NCBI RefSeq assembly: GCF_003334255.1
Contig: NZ_QOWU01000084.1
DNA length: 10,412 nt
Source of the DNA: Escherichia coli
GTDB lineage: Bacteria; Pseudomonadota; Gammaproteobacteria; Enterobacterales; Enterobacteriaceae
Direction: 5' to 3' (one strand)
Below the pieces are notes generated by a model. It saw only the letters and a list, made by a program, of their open reading frames with translations. It did not search any database and was not told the DNA's origin. How positions within the stretch are numbered: the first letter of the stretch is position 1; every line of letters begins with the position of its first letter. Positions 1 to 9,204 of this stretch are shown here, piece after piece. Made by a program: the position numbers and the translations under genes.

Positions 1-86
1 AATCGGTGGAGCTGCATGACAAAGTCATCGGGCATTATCTGAACATAAAACACTATCAATAAGTTGGAGTCATTACCGAATTTATT

Positions 87-425
87 ATGAGTTCAGAGCG
101 AGATCTGGTTAATTTTCTTGGCGATTTTTCAATGGATGTGGCCAAAGCAGTTATAGCCGGTGGTGTTGCAACCGCTATTGGAAGTCTGGCTTCTTTTGCC
201 TGTGTTAGCTTTGGCTTTCCAGTAATTCTTGTCGGAGGAGCAATTTTACTGACAGGGATAGTGTGTACAGTTGTTTTAAATGAAATCGATGCTCAATGCC
301 ATTTATCAGAAAAATTAAAATATGCAATTAGAGATGGACTAAAACGGCAACAGGAACTTGATAAATGGAAAAGGGAAAACATGACTCCATTTATGTATGT
401 TCTTAACACTCCACCCGTGATATGA
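87..425 (+). CDS. yafU: Small inner-membrane protein of unknown function (YafU-like, 112 aa); two predicted Gly/Ala-rich transmembrane helices
   Basis: ATG at 87-89 with GGAG at 66-69 upstream; ORF of 112 aa; hydrophobic stretches VAKAVIAGGVATAIGSLASFACVSF and FPVILVGGAILLTGIVCTVVL; very AT-rich codon usage; length and position match my recollection of K-12 yafU (symbol from memory, not searched). Confidence 0.65.
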   Translation: MSSERDLVNFLGDFSMDVAKAVIAGGVATAIGSLASFACVSFGFPVILVGGAILLTGIVCTVVLNEIDAQCHLSEKLKYAIRDGLKRQQELDKWKRENMTPFMYVLNTPPVI

Positions 426-434
426 GGATTAACC

Positions 435-914
435 ATGCGTTTACATGTTAAATTAAAAGAGTTTCTTTCGATGTTTTTTATGGCCATATTATTTTTCCCT
501 GCATTCAATGCTTCTTTGTTTTTTACCGGAGTTAAACCTCTATATTCAATAATAAAATGCTCCACGGAAATATTTTATGATTGGAGAATGTTGATTCTGT
601 GCTTCGGTTTCATGTCGTTTTCCTTTTTAAATATTCATGTAATTTTACTTACGATAATAAAATCATTCTTAATCAAAAAAACGAAGGTAGTCAATTTCGC
701 CACAGACATAACAATACAGCTAACTCTTATATTTTTACTAATAGCTATCGTAATAGCACCTTTAATAGCTCCTTTTGTCACAGGATATGTCAATACTAAT
801 TATCACCCCTGCGGTAATAATACGGGAATTTTCCCAGGAGCAATCTATATTAAAAATGGCATGAAATGTAATAATGGATATATTTCTCGCAAGGAAGATT
901 CAGCAGTTAAATAA
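435..914 (+). CDS. ykfM: Small polytopic membrane protein of unknown function (YkfM-like, 159 aa)
   Basis: ATG at 435-437 preceded by GAGGA (424-428), which overlaps the yafU stop (TGA 423-425), so the two look translationally coupled; about four hydrophobic segments; extremely AT-rich with many rare codons (ATA, TTA, AAT); TAA stop at 912-914. Confidence 0.6.
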   Translation: MRLHVKLKEFLSMFFMAILFFPAFNASLFFTGVKPLYSIIKCSTEIFYDWRMLILCFGFMSFSFLNIHVILLTIIKSFLIKKTKVVNFATDITIQLTLIFLLIAIVIAPLIAPFVTGYVNTNYHPCGNNTGIFPGAIYIKNGMKCNNGYISRKEDSAVK

Positions 915-1016
915 TTAAATATTCTAAAACAAACAGTTTTTAACTCCGGATTCCATGTCCTTTCTTGCACTGTCTTTGTCAAGAAAAATTTCTTATGCAA
1001 AGAATTTTGTATTATT

Positions 1017-1038
1017 GCCGCCAGAAATTCCTGGCGGC
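1017..1038. terminator. GC-rich hairpin (8-bp perfect stem GCCGCCAG / CTGGCGGC, 6-nt loop) between convergent ykfM and yafT; putative bidirectional terminator
   Basis: Seen directly: gccgccag-aaattc-ctggcggc embedded in AT-rich DNA, 13 nt beyond the yafT stop and about 100 nt beyond the ykfM stop. The flanking A/T runs are imperfect, so intrinsic termination is uncertain. Confidence 0.35.
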
Positions 1039-1050
1039 AGATATAATTTA

Positions 1051-1836
1051 TTATTGATAGCGGTTAACCAAATCTTTTACCATCGCTTTATAGGTCTTTT
1101 GCTTAAGTTGCATGATTTGCTGCTCTGTCATATCAGTCGTACTGGCTTCATTCTTGTCGGGCAATGGTGGAAGCACTTTATATTCATAATTCACCGGCGA
1201 CCAGGTAGCCCACTCACCTGTTGCCACATCCACCAGCGTGAAACGTACCAGGTAGCGCAGGGAGATAGCGTCAGTGAGTTTGTCATTTTTATAGTCGGAC
1301 CATACTGTTGATTTCAGCGCAGAGTCATATTTTCCTGTCTGCAACATATCCTGGTAAACAATAATCGCTTTCTGATGTCCTTTTGCAGCCACAAAACGCA
1401 GTGCCTGCATCCAGTTCATATTCTCAGCACTGGCAACATCCTCGTTCTCATTTTTATCTTTGTTTTTGTTACAAGTCAGAGGCTTTTGCCTGTCCGGGAT
1501 ACCAGAGAATGTGGAAACAGTATAATATTTTCGCATCTCCTCCTGCATAATGGTTTCCGGTGCGCGGTTGCCGGATTGAACAAGTATTACAGGAGAATTA
1601 AGGGGAACGCGGAACTCATCTCCATCAAGCGCAGCTTGAATATCCTCTTCGGATACGGCCAGAGTGGTTTCATTACCGAATAAATCTTTGTCTGTCAGTT
1701 GCTGGGGAGTGTTTTTATTAATATTACTTTGTGTGACTTGAGCTTTTTTCTTCTTTTCATCAATAGAAGATTCAGAGGCACATCCTGCAAGCAGCGAGAA
1801 TAACACACATATGCAACAAAGCTTTTTTGAATTCAT
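1051..1836 (-). CDS. yafT: Lipoprotein YafT (261 aa), probably outer-membrane anchored; function unknown
   Basis: ATG at 1836 (plus-strand 'cat' 1834-1836) with GAGGGAG Shine-Dalgarno upstream on the minus strand; signal peptide [19 protein letters not shown] with lipobox LAGC; Ala at +2 after the Cys suggests Lol sorting to the outer membrane; lower GC than the core genes to the right. Confidence 0.8.
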
Positions 1837-2103
1837 AATTGGACACTCCCTCGCCTGTCATAATGATTAGAATATTTAGCATTGATAACGGACTCTAATT
1901 ATATACCTCACTTAAATAATAACAAACAAAATCAATTTGAAATATACATTCATTTAATCAATATAAATTTATTCTCTAGAAATATATTTAAGCTGAATGG
2001 TTCGATATCATTATTGAATTTTAATGAATGAGACAACAAGCGAGAATCACGCACCTACGCCAGAGTAAAATCATTGAACAGAGAAATGGTGGAATTCAAA
2101 TAC

Positions 2104-2133
2104 AAAAAAACCGCAAAATTAAAAATCTTGCGG
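2104..2133 (-). terminator. Rho-independent terminator downstream of tRNA-Asp (aspV)
   Basis: Minus-strand transcript reads GCCGCAAGAUUUUUAAUUUUGCGG followed by 7 U (plus-strand A run 2104-2110); stem of about 9 bp with one mismatch, starting about 30 nt beyond the tRNA 3' end. Confidence 0.6.
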
Positions 2134-2163
2134 CTCTCTGAACTCATTTTCATGAGTGAATAG

Positions 2164-2240
2164 TGGCGGAACGGACGGGACTCGAACCCGCGACCCCCTG
2201 CGTGACAGGCAGGTATTCTAACCGACTGAACTACCGCTCC
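2164..2240 (-). tRNA. aspV: tRNA-Asp (anticodon GUC), 77 nt, CCA encoded
   Basis: Reverse complement of 2164-2240 is GGAGCGGTAGTTCAGTCGGTTAGAATACCTGCCTGTCACGCAGGGGGTCGCGGGTTCGAGTCCCGTCCGTTCCGCCA, which matches the E. coli tRNA-Asp sequence; anticodon loop CUGUCAC. Identical to the copy at 10167-10243. Confidence 0.97.
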
Positions 2241-2268
2241 GCGTTGTGTTCCGTTGGGAACGAGGCGA

Positions 2269-2297
2269 ATATTACGGATTGCCTCGACCTTCGTCAA
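2269..2297 (-). promoter_or_regulatory. Sigma70-type promoter for aspV: -35 TTGACG (2292-2297), 17-bp spacer, -10 TAATAT (2269-2274), GC-rich discriminator
   Basis: Minus strand reads ccgTTGACGaaggtcgaggcaatccgTAATATtcgcctcg; consensus-like hexamers at optimal spacing, about 22-30 nt upstream of the tRNA 5' end; an upstream A-tract (gagaaaaacc) resembles an UP element; the GC-rich discriminator is typical of stringently controlled stable-RNA promoters. It lies in the dnaQ 3' flank. Confidence 0.5.
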
Positions 2298-2372
2298 CGG
2301 TTTTTCTCATCTTTTGAATCGTTTGCTGCAAAAATCGCCCAAGTCGCTATTTTTAGCGCCTTTCACAGGTAT

Positions 2373-3104
2373 TTATGCTCGCCAGAGGCAACTTCCGCCT
2401 TTCTTCTGCACCAGATCGAGACGGGCTTCATGAGCTGCAATCTCTTCATCTGTCGCAAAAACAACGCGTAACTTACTTGCCTGACGTACAATGCGCTGAA
2501 TTGTTGCTTCACCTTGTTGCTGTTGTGTCTCTCCTTCCATCGCAAAAGCCATCGACGTTTGACCACCGGTCATCGCCAGATAAACTTCCGCAAGGATCTG
2601 GGCATCGAGTAATGCCCCGTGCAGCGTTCGTTTACTGTTATCTATTTCGTAGCGAGCACATAACGCATCGAGGCTGTTGCGCTTACCGGGAAACATTTTC
2701 CTCGCCACCGCAAGGCTATCGGTGACCTTACAGAAAGTATTGGTCTTCGGAATATCGCGCTTAAGCAACGAAAACTCGTAGTCCATAAAGCCGATATCGA
2801 ACGCTGCGTTATGGATCACCAACTCCGCGCCGCGAATATAGTCCATGAACTCATCGGCTACTTCGGCAAACGTGGGCTTATCGAGCAAAAATTCATCGGC
2901 AATACCATGTACGCCAAAGGCTTCCGGATCCACCAGCCGATCGGGTTTGAGATAAACATGGAAGTTATTGCCCGTCAGGCGACGGTTCACCACTTCAACG
3001 GCACCAATCTCAATGATCTTGTGGCCTTCATAGTGCGCACCAATCTGGTTCATACCGGTGGTTTCGGTATCGAGAACGATCTGGCGTGTAATTGCAGTGC
3101 TCAT
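2373..3104 (-). CDS. dnaQ: DNA polymerase III epsilon subunit (3'-5' proofreading exonuclease, DEDDh family), 243 aa
   Basis: Translation contains Exo I LDTETTG, Exo [11 protein letters not shown] and Exo [13 protein letters not shown] motifs and the C-terminal region; start placed at the ATG giving MSTAITRQ (243 aa). An in-frame ATG three codons upstream (3113, MTAMST...) is the ORF-track start and cannot be excluded from sequence alone. Confidence 0.93.
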
Positions 3105-3168
3105 AGCGGTCATTTATGTCAGACTTGTCGTTTTACAGTTCGATTCAATTACAGGAAGTCTACCAGAG

Positions 3169-3636
3169 ATGCTTAAACAGGTAGAAATTTTCACCGATGG
3201 TTCGTGTCTGGGCAATCCAGGACCTGGGGGTTACGGCGCTATTTTACGCTATCGCGGACGCGAGAAAACCTTTAGCGCTGGCTACACCCGCACCACCAAC
3301 AACCGTATGGAGTTGATGGCCGCTATTGTCGCGCTGGAGGCGTTAAAAGAACATTGCGAAGTCATTTTGAGTACCGACAGCCAGTATGTCCGCCAGGGTA
3401 TCACCCAGTGGATCCATAACTGGAAAAAACGTGGCTGGAAAACCGCAGACAAAAAACCAGTAAAAAATGTCGATCTCTGGCAACGTCTTGATGCTGCATT
3501 GGGGCAGCATCAAATCAAATGGGAATGGGTTAAAGGCCATGCCGGACACCCGGAAAACGAACGCTGTGATGAACTGGCTCGTGCCGCGGCGATGAATCCC
3601 ACACTGGAAGATACAGGCTACCAAGTTGAAGTTTAA
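3169..3636 (+). CDS. rnhA: Ribonuclease HI (155 aa)
   Basis: ATG at 3169 with AGGAAG at 3153-3158; translation [23 protein letters not shown]... carries the RNase H catalytic residues (TDGSC Asp, MELMAA Glu, STDSQY Asp, C-terminal His/Asp). The ORF-track N-terminal extension (from 3058) would run back across the dnaQ start and has no ribosome-binding site. Confidence 0.95.
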
Positions 3637-4355
3637 GCCTGTGGTTTACGACATTGCCGGGTGGCTCCAACCGCCTGGCGAATTCGTGGCTTGTTTTTAC
3701 TCTGTTTCATCGGATTTAGCGTTAAAGGAATAGTCCGTTTCCGGGCAACAATAAGTTGTAAGCAACCAAGCGCAGGAATATGCGCATTCAATAGTTTTCC
3801 TCCGTGTTTGTTCCACGGGAGAACGTGGAAACGGCTGGCGTGTAGCACTTCAAAATTCAACAAAGAGAGCCAGTCCAGCTGCCGCATCAGAGTAAACATC
3901 CGGCTGTTATAGGGCGAGGTTTTGCGCAATACCGGCACAAGTTTGCGTAATCCCATAAAACTGATGGGATTGAAGCCACTAATGACCAGCCAGCCATCAT
4001 CAATCAATACCCGATCGGCTTCACGCAATAAACGATGCGGATCGGTGCACCACGGCAATGTATGTGCCAGTAGACAAACATCAACGGATTTATCGGCAAA
4101 AGGAAGATGAAGTGGGTCCGCCTGTACCTGGACGGGCATTCCTTGCGCAGAAACATTCACTTGATGAGAAACCGCGCACGCTTCGCAATTGATTTCTGCG
4201 CTTAAATTGCCAATCTTAAGCAGATGAAAACCATACATTTTAGTGAACCACGGGTTGAGCTGGCGCTCCAGCGCCTTGCGATAAAGCTTTCCCCAGGGCA
4301 AATCGCCCCAGCAATCAGGAGCCACGACAGTTTGAGGGACTCTTGCCGGTTTCAT
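3633..4355 (-). CDS. yafS: Class I SAM-dependent methyltransferase-like protein YafS (240 aa), with a degenerate Gly-rich loop
   Basis: ATG at 4355 (plus 'cat' 4353-4355) with GGAAGG Shine-Dalgarno on the minus strand; the ORF-track start at 4373 is a GTG six codons upstream. Motif II/III-like segment [17 protein letters not shown]...[20 protein letters not shown]. The 3' end overlaps the rnhA stop by 4 bp. Confidence 0.85.
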
Positions 4356-4385
4356 CACAACCTTCCGTTTCACACTGAGAGGTAA

Positions 4386-5144
<759 letters not shown>

Positions 5145-5154
5145 TAAAACTTTC

Positions 5155-5183
5155 TTGTCATCGGCTCCGTTCGCCGTTATGAT
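5155..5183 (+). promoter_or_regulatory. Candidate sigma70 promoter for mltD: -35 TTGTCA (5155-5160), 17-bp spacer, -10 TATGAT (5178-5183)
   Basis: Seen directly in the 71-bp gloB-mltD intergenic region; good hexamers at consensus spacing, about 33 nt upstream of the mltD ATG. Not validated. Confidence 0.35.
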
Positions 5184-5215
5184 CGGTCGTCTTTTAAGCA
5201 ACTATTGACACACAC

Positions 5216-6574
5216 ATGAAGGCAAAAGCGATATTACTCGCCTCTGTCCTGCTCGTGGGTTGCCAGAGTACCGGCAACGTTCAACAGCACGCACAGAGCC
5301 TTTCTGCAGCTGGTCAAGGGGAAGCAGCAAAGTTTACAAGTCAGGCACGATGGATGGACGATGGGACGTCTATCGCGCCAGATGGTGACTTGTGGGCTTT
5401 CATTGGCGACGAGCTAAAGATGGGAATTCCGGAAAATGACCGGATTCGCGAACAGAAACAGAAATATTTACGCAATAAGAGCTATCTCCACGATGTAACT
5501 TTACGGGCAGAGCCGTATATGTACTGGATAGCAGGGCAAGTTAAAAAACGTAACATGCCTATGGAACTGGTACTACTACCCATAGTGGAGAGCGCTTTTG
5601 ATCCTCACGCAACGTCTGGCGCCAATGCCGCAGGCATCTGGCAGATCATTCCGAGCACGGGGCGCAATTATGGTTTGAAACAGACCCGCAATTATGACGC
5701 GCGTCGCGATGTTGTTGCTTCAACAACTGCCGCGCTGAATATGATGCAGCGTCTGAACAAAATGTTTGACGGCGACTGGCTTCTGACCGTAGCGGCTTAT
5801 AACAGCGGCGAAGGTCGGGTCATGAAGGCAATTAAAACGAACAAAGCGCGTGGGAAATCCACGGACTTCTGGTCGTTACCGTTGCCGCAGGAAACGAAGC
5901 AGTACGTGCCTAAAATGCTGGCATTGAGTGATATTCTCAAAAACAGCAAGCGTTATGGCGTACGTCTGCCAACGACCGATGAAAGCCGTGCTCTGGCGCG
6001 TGTGCACCTGAGCAGCCCGGTTGAAATGGCGAAGGTAGCAGATATGGCGGGGATTTCCGTCAGCAAGCTGAAGACATTCAACGCTGGCGTAAAAGGCTCC
6101 ACGCTGGGCGCAAGTGGCCCGCAGTACGTGATGGTGCCAAAGAAGCATGCAGATCAACTGCGTGAATCTCTGGCTTCAGGCGAAATTGCTGCTGTACAGT
6201 CGACGCTGGTTGCCGACAATACGCCGCTTAACAGCCGTGTTTACACCGTACGCTCTGGCGACACGCTTTCAAGTATCGCTTCACGTCTCGGCGTAAGCAC
6301 CAAAGATTTGCAGCAGTGGAACAAACTGCGCGGATCTAAGCTGAAGCCAGGCCAAAGTTTGACGATTGGTGCAGGCAGTAGCGCACAGCGACTGGCAAAC
6401 AACAGCGATAGCATTACGTATCGTGTGCGCAAAGGCGATTCGCTTTCAAGCATTGCTAAACGCCACGGCGTGAACATCAAAGATGTGATGCGCTGGAACA
6501 GCGACACTGCGAATCTGCAACCAGGCGATAAGCTGACGTTGTTTGTGAAAAACAACAACATGCCAGATTCCTGA
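5216..6574 (+). CDS. mltD: Membrane-bound lytic murein transglycosylase D (lipoprotein; SLT catalytic domain plus two C-terminal LysM domains), 452 aa
   Basis: Signal peptide with lipobox MKAKAILLASVLLVGC; transglycosylase motifs LPIVESAFDP (catalytic Glu) and AAYNSGEG; two LysM repeats (YTVRSGDTLSSIASRLGVSTKDLQQWN and YRVRKGDSLSSIAKRHGVNIKDVMRWN); TGA stop at 6572-6574. Confidence 0.95.
   Translation: MKAKAILLASVLLVGCQSTGNVQQHAQSLSAAGQGEAAKFTSQARWMDDGTSIAPDGDLWAFIGDELKMGIPENDRIREQKQKYLRNKSYLHDVTLRAEPYMYWIAGQVKKRNMPMELVLLPIVESAFDPHATSGANAAGIWQIIPSTGRNYGLKQTRNYDARRDVVASTTAALNMMQRLNKMFDGDWLLTVAAYNSGEGRVMKAIKTNKARGKSTDFWSLPLPQETKQYVPKMLALSDILKNSKRYGVRLPTTDESRALARVHLSSPVEMAKVADMAGISVSKLKTFNAGVKGSTLGASGPQYVMVPKKHADQLRESLASGEIAAVQSTLVADNTPLNSRVYTVRSGDTLSSIASRLGVSTKDLQQWNKLRGSKLKPGQSLTIGAGSSAQRLANNSDSITYRVRKGDSLSSIAKRHGVNIKDVMRWNSDTANLQPGDKLTLFVKNNNMPDS
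6242..6500 (+). repeat. Intragenic tandem duplication within mltD encoding two LysM peptidoglycan-binding modules (about 80 nt each, roughly 180 nt apart)
   Basis: Nucleotide-level similarity between about 6242-6328 and about 6419-6500 (e.g. GGCGA(C/T)(A/T)CGCTTTCAAG(T/C)AT(C/T)GCT, GGCGT(A/G)A(G/A)CA(C/T)CAAAGAT, (T/G)GGAACA), giving near-identical protein repeats. Confidence 0.6.
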
Positions 6575-6584
6575 CAAACCAGAT

Positions 6585-6620
6585 AATAAAAAGGCACCGA
6601 TTCCCCCGGTGCCTTTTTTA
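6585..6620. terminator. Bidirectional rho-independent terminator between convergent mltD and yafE
   Basis: Perfect 8-bp stem AGGCACCG (6592-6599) / CGGTGCCT (6607-6614) with 7-nt loop, flanked by an A-run upstream (6585-6592) and a T-run downstream (6614-6619), so it can terminate either strand; lies between the mltD stop (6574) and the yafE stop (6622). Confidence 0.75.
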
Positions 6621-6621
6621 T

Positions 6622-7245
6622 TTATGCCGCTTTATGTGCATCTACCATGATGATATCACTGGTGAAAAAGCCATCATTCTGCAAGGCAAAATACGTTCTC
6701 ACCTCTGTCGATGCGCTCTGTTGGTAAATGCGAATAGCGTCTACTAACGCTTCTGGCGTACGCATTCTCGCGACCCATGAAGAAAATTCCAGCGGTAACT
6801 TATCTGTAATTAAATTATCAACTATCAGATTGGCTTCATTGATTAACGTCAACCACTCACCGCTGGCGTAGTTTCGTACGTGAGAGGTATCGCGTAATGC
6901 TTCTACCGTCTGTAACCAGATGTCGCGCACTGGGTGACCCGGAGACATTACGTCCATCACAATCAGCCTACCGCCAGGTTTCAATATCCTATTCACTTCT
7001 CGCAGTGCTGCACCAACATCATGCCAGTGATGGGCAGAATAACGGCTGATAACAATATCAAATGCGTTATCGGCAAATGGCAGACTTTCGGCATATCCCT
7101 GGCGGGTGGTGATATTTTTCAGTTGCCGGGCTTCGGCAGCTTGTGCCACGACATCCAGCATGTGGGCAGATAAGTCATACGCCACCACCGCGCTCACGTT
7201 TTGCGCAGCGCCAAACGTTGGTCTGCCCTGTGGCAGACCTGACAT
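6622..7245 (-). CDS. yafE: SAM-dependent methyltransferase-like protein YafE (207 aa); begins inside the canonical motif I region and lacks strand beta1
   Basis: ATG at 7245, only 3 nt after the yafD TAA stop (operon arrangement, same frame); class I methyltransferase motifs: post-I VVAYDLSAHML, motif II LPFADNAFDIVISRYSAHHW, motif III LKPGGRLIVMDV; no hh(D/E)hGxGxG strand is encoded upstream in any frame. Confidence 0.85.
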   Translation of the reverse strand: MSGLPQGRPTFGAAQNVSAVVAYDLSAHMLDVVAQAAEARQLKNITTRQGYAESLPFADNAFDIVISRYSAHHWHDVGAALREVNRILKPGGRLIVMDVMSPGHPVRDIWLQTVEALRDTSHVRNYASGEWLTLINEANLIVDNLITDKLPLEFSSWVARMRTPEALVDAIRIYQQSASTEVRTYFALQNDGFFTSDIIMVDAHKAA

Positions 7246-7248
7246 ACC

Positions 7249-8100
<852 letters not shown>

Positions 8101-8155
8101 CTACTGTTATAGGGATTTTAGCTCACTCTTTCAACGAGCAATTGTATATTGTTAT

Positions 8156-8171
8156 GTAAGCAAGTGCTTAC
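8156..8171. promoter_or_regulatory. Perfect palindrome GTAAGCA-AG-TGCTTAC in the yafD/yafC divergent intergenic region; candidate operator
   Basis: Seen directly: 7-bp inverted repeat with 2-bp spacer at 8156-8171, about 107 bp from the yafD start and about 119 bp from the yafC start, in a 240-bp region that must hold two divergent promoters. Confidence 0.25.
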
Positions 8172-8289
8172 ACCGGTCAGAATTTTGCTCATTATGGAGA
8201 ACATTAAATCGCATGACATATCACGCATCCTGATGGTTTAATGACAAATAAATTCAAAATATCTCTTCTATTTTGCAACAGGAGCAAAA

Positions 8290-9204
8290 ATGAAAGCCAC
8301 GTCGGAAGAACTCGCCATTTTTGTTTCGGTCGTCGAAAGCGGCAGCTTTAGCCGGGCAGCGGAACAATTAGGGCAAGCAAACTCAGCGGTAAGCCGGGCG
8401 GTGAAAAAGCTGGAGATGAAACTTGGCGTTAGCCTGCTTAATCGGACCACGCGACAACTTAGCCTGACGGAAGAAGGCGAGCGTTATTTTCGTCGCGTAC
8501 AGTCAATTTTGCAGGAGATGGCAGCGGCAGAATCAGAAATTATGGAGACGCGTAATACACCGCGTGGACTGTTACGGATCGATGCCGCAACTCCAGTGGT
8601 GCTGCACTTTCTGATGCCGTTAATTAAGCCTTTCCGTGAACGCTATCCGGAAGTCACTTTGTCGCTAGTCTCCTCCGAAACGATTATTAATTTGATCGAA
8701 AGAAAAGTGGATGTCGCGATACGCGCTGGTACGTTAACGGATTCCAGCTTACGTGCCAGGCCGTTATTTAACAGTTATCGAAAAATTATCGCCTCCCCCG
8801 ATTATATTTCCCGCTACGGGAAGCCAGAAACGATCGACGATTTAAAGCAACATATTTGCCTGGGATTCACTGAACCCGCTTCCCTCAATACCTGGCCGAT
8901 AGCCCGTAGCGATGGACAATTACATGAGGTGAAGTACGGTTTGTCATCCAATAGTGGGGAAACACTGAAACAGCTTTGCCTGAGTGGCAACGGGATTGCG
9001 TGTTTGTCCGACTACATGATCGACAAAGAAATCGCTCGCGGAGAATTGGTGGAGTTAATGGCAGATAAAGTGTTGCCAGTGGAAATGCCATTCAGTGCCG
9101 TCTATTACAGCGACCGTGCGGTAAGTACGCGCATCCGGGCTTTTATCGATTTCCTTAGCGAGCATGTAAAAACAGCTCCCGGAGGAGCTGTCAGAGAGGC
9201 TTAA
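8290..9204 (+). CDS. yafC: LysR-family transcriptional regulator (304 aa)
   Basis: ATG at 8290 with AGGAG at 8280-8284; N-terminal winged-HTH typical of LysR-type regulators ([56 protein letters not shown]), followed by a periplasmic-binding-protein-like effector domain; divergent from yafD-yafE. Confidence 0.9.

Noticed and set aside
1-86. Possible 5' end of a divergent minus-strand gene at the left window edge (several 'cat' triplets at 15-35)
   Set aside because: Too little sequence in the window to evaluate; cannot be supported as a feature.
955-1311. ORF of 118 aa on the plus strand
   Set aside because: Lies antisense within yafT, with no ribosome-binding site and low-complexity composition; typical shadow ORF.
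2055-2297. ORF of 80 aa on the minus strand containing ...GAVVQSVRIPACHAGGRGFESRPFRH...
   Set aside because: It is a read-through translation of the tRNA-Asp gene (2164-2240). An identical peptide segment appears in the ORF at 9980-10264 for the same reason, which is the signature of a translated structural RNA, not a protein.
2241-2372. Possible intrinsic terminator for dnaQ between the dnaQ stop and aspV
   Set aside because: Only a weak 5-bp hairpin (CGCTA-AAAA-TAGCG) without a convincing U-tract; the region is better explained as the aspV promoter, and dnaQ transcripts may simply read on toward the tRNA.
3058-3168. N-terminal extension of rnhA to 192 aa (ORF-track start at 3058)
   Set aside because: The extension runs antisense across the dnaQ start and has no ribosome-binding site; the ATG at 3169 has a good AGGAAG and gives the canonical 155-aa RNase HI.
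2375-3176. Plus-strand ORFs 2375..2725 and 2811..3176 (116 and 121 aa)
   Set aside because: Both are antisense shadows inside dnaQ, a gene with strong motif support; no independent signals.
3343-4110. ORFs 3343..3624 (-), 3661..3912 (+) and 3922..4110 (+)
   Set aside because: Antisense to rnhA or yafS; Cys/Arg-rich translations typical of the reverse frame of GC-balanced coding sequence.
4356-4373. GTG start at 4373 extending yafS by six codons
   Set aside because: The downstream ATG at 4355 has a GGAAGG Shine-Dalgarno at appropriate spacing; the GTG extension would leave only 15 bp before the divergent gloB start.
5876-6597. Minus-strand ORFs 5876..6157 and 6241..6597 inside mltD
   Set aside because: Antisense shadow ORFs within a motif-supported gene; the second also runs across the mltD terminator hairpin.
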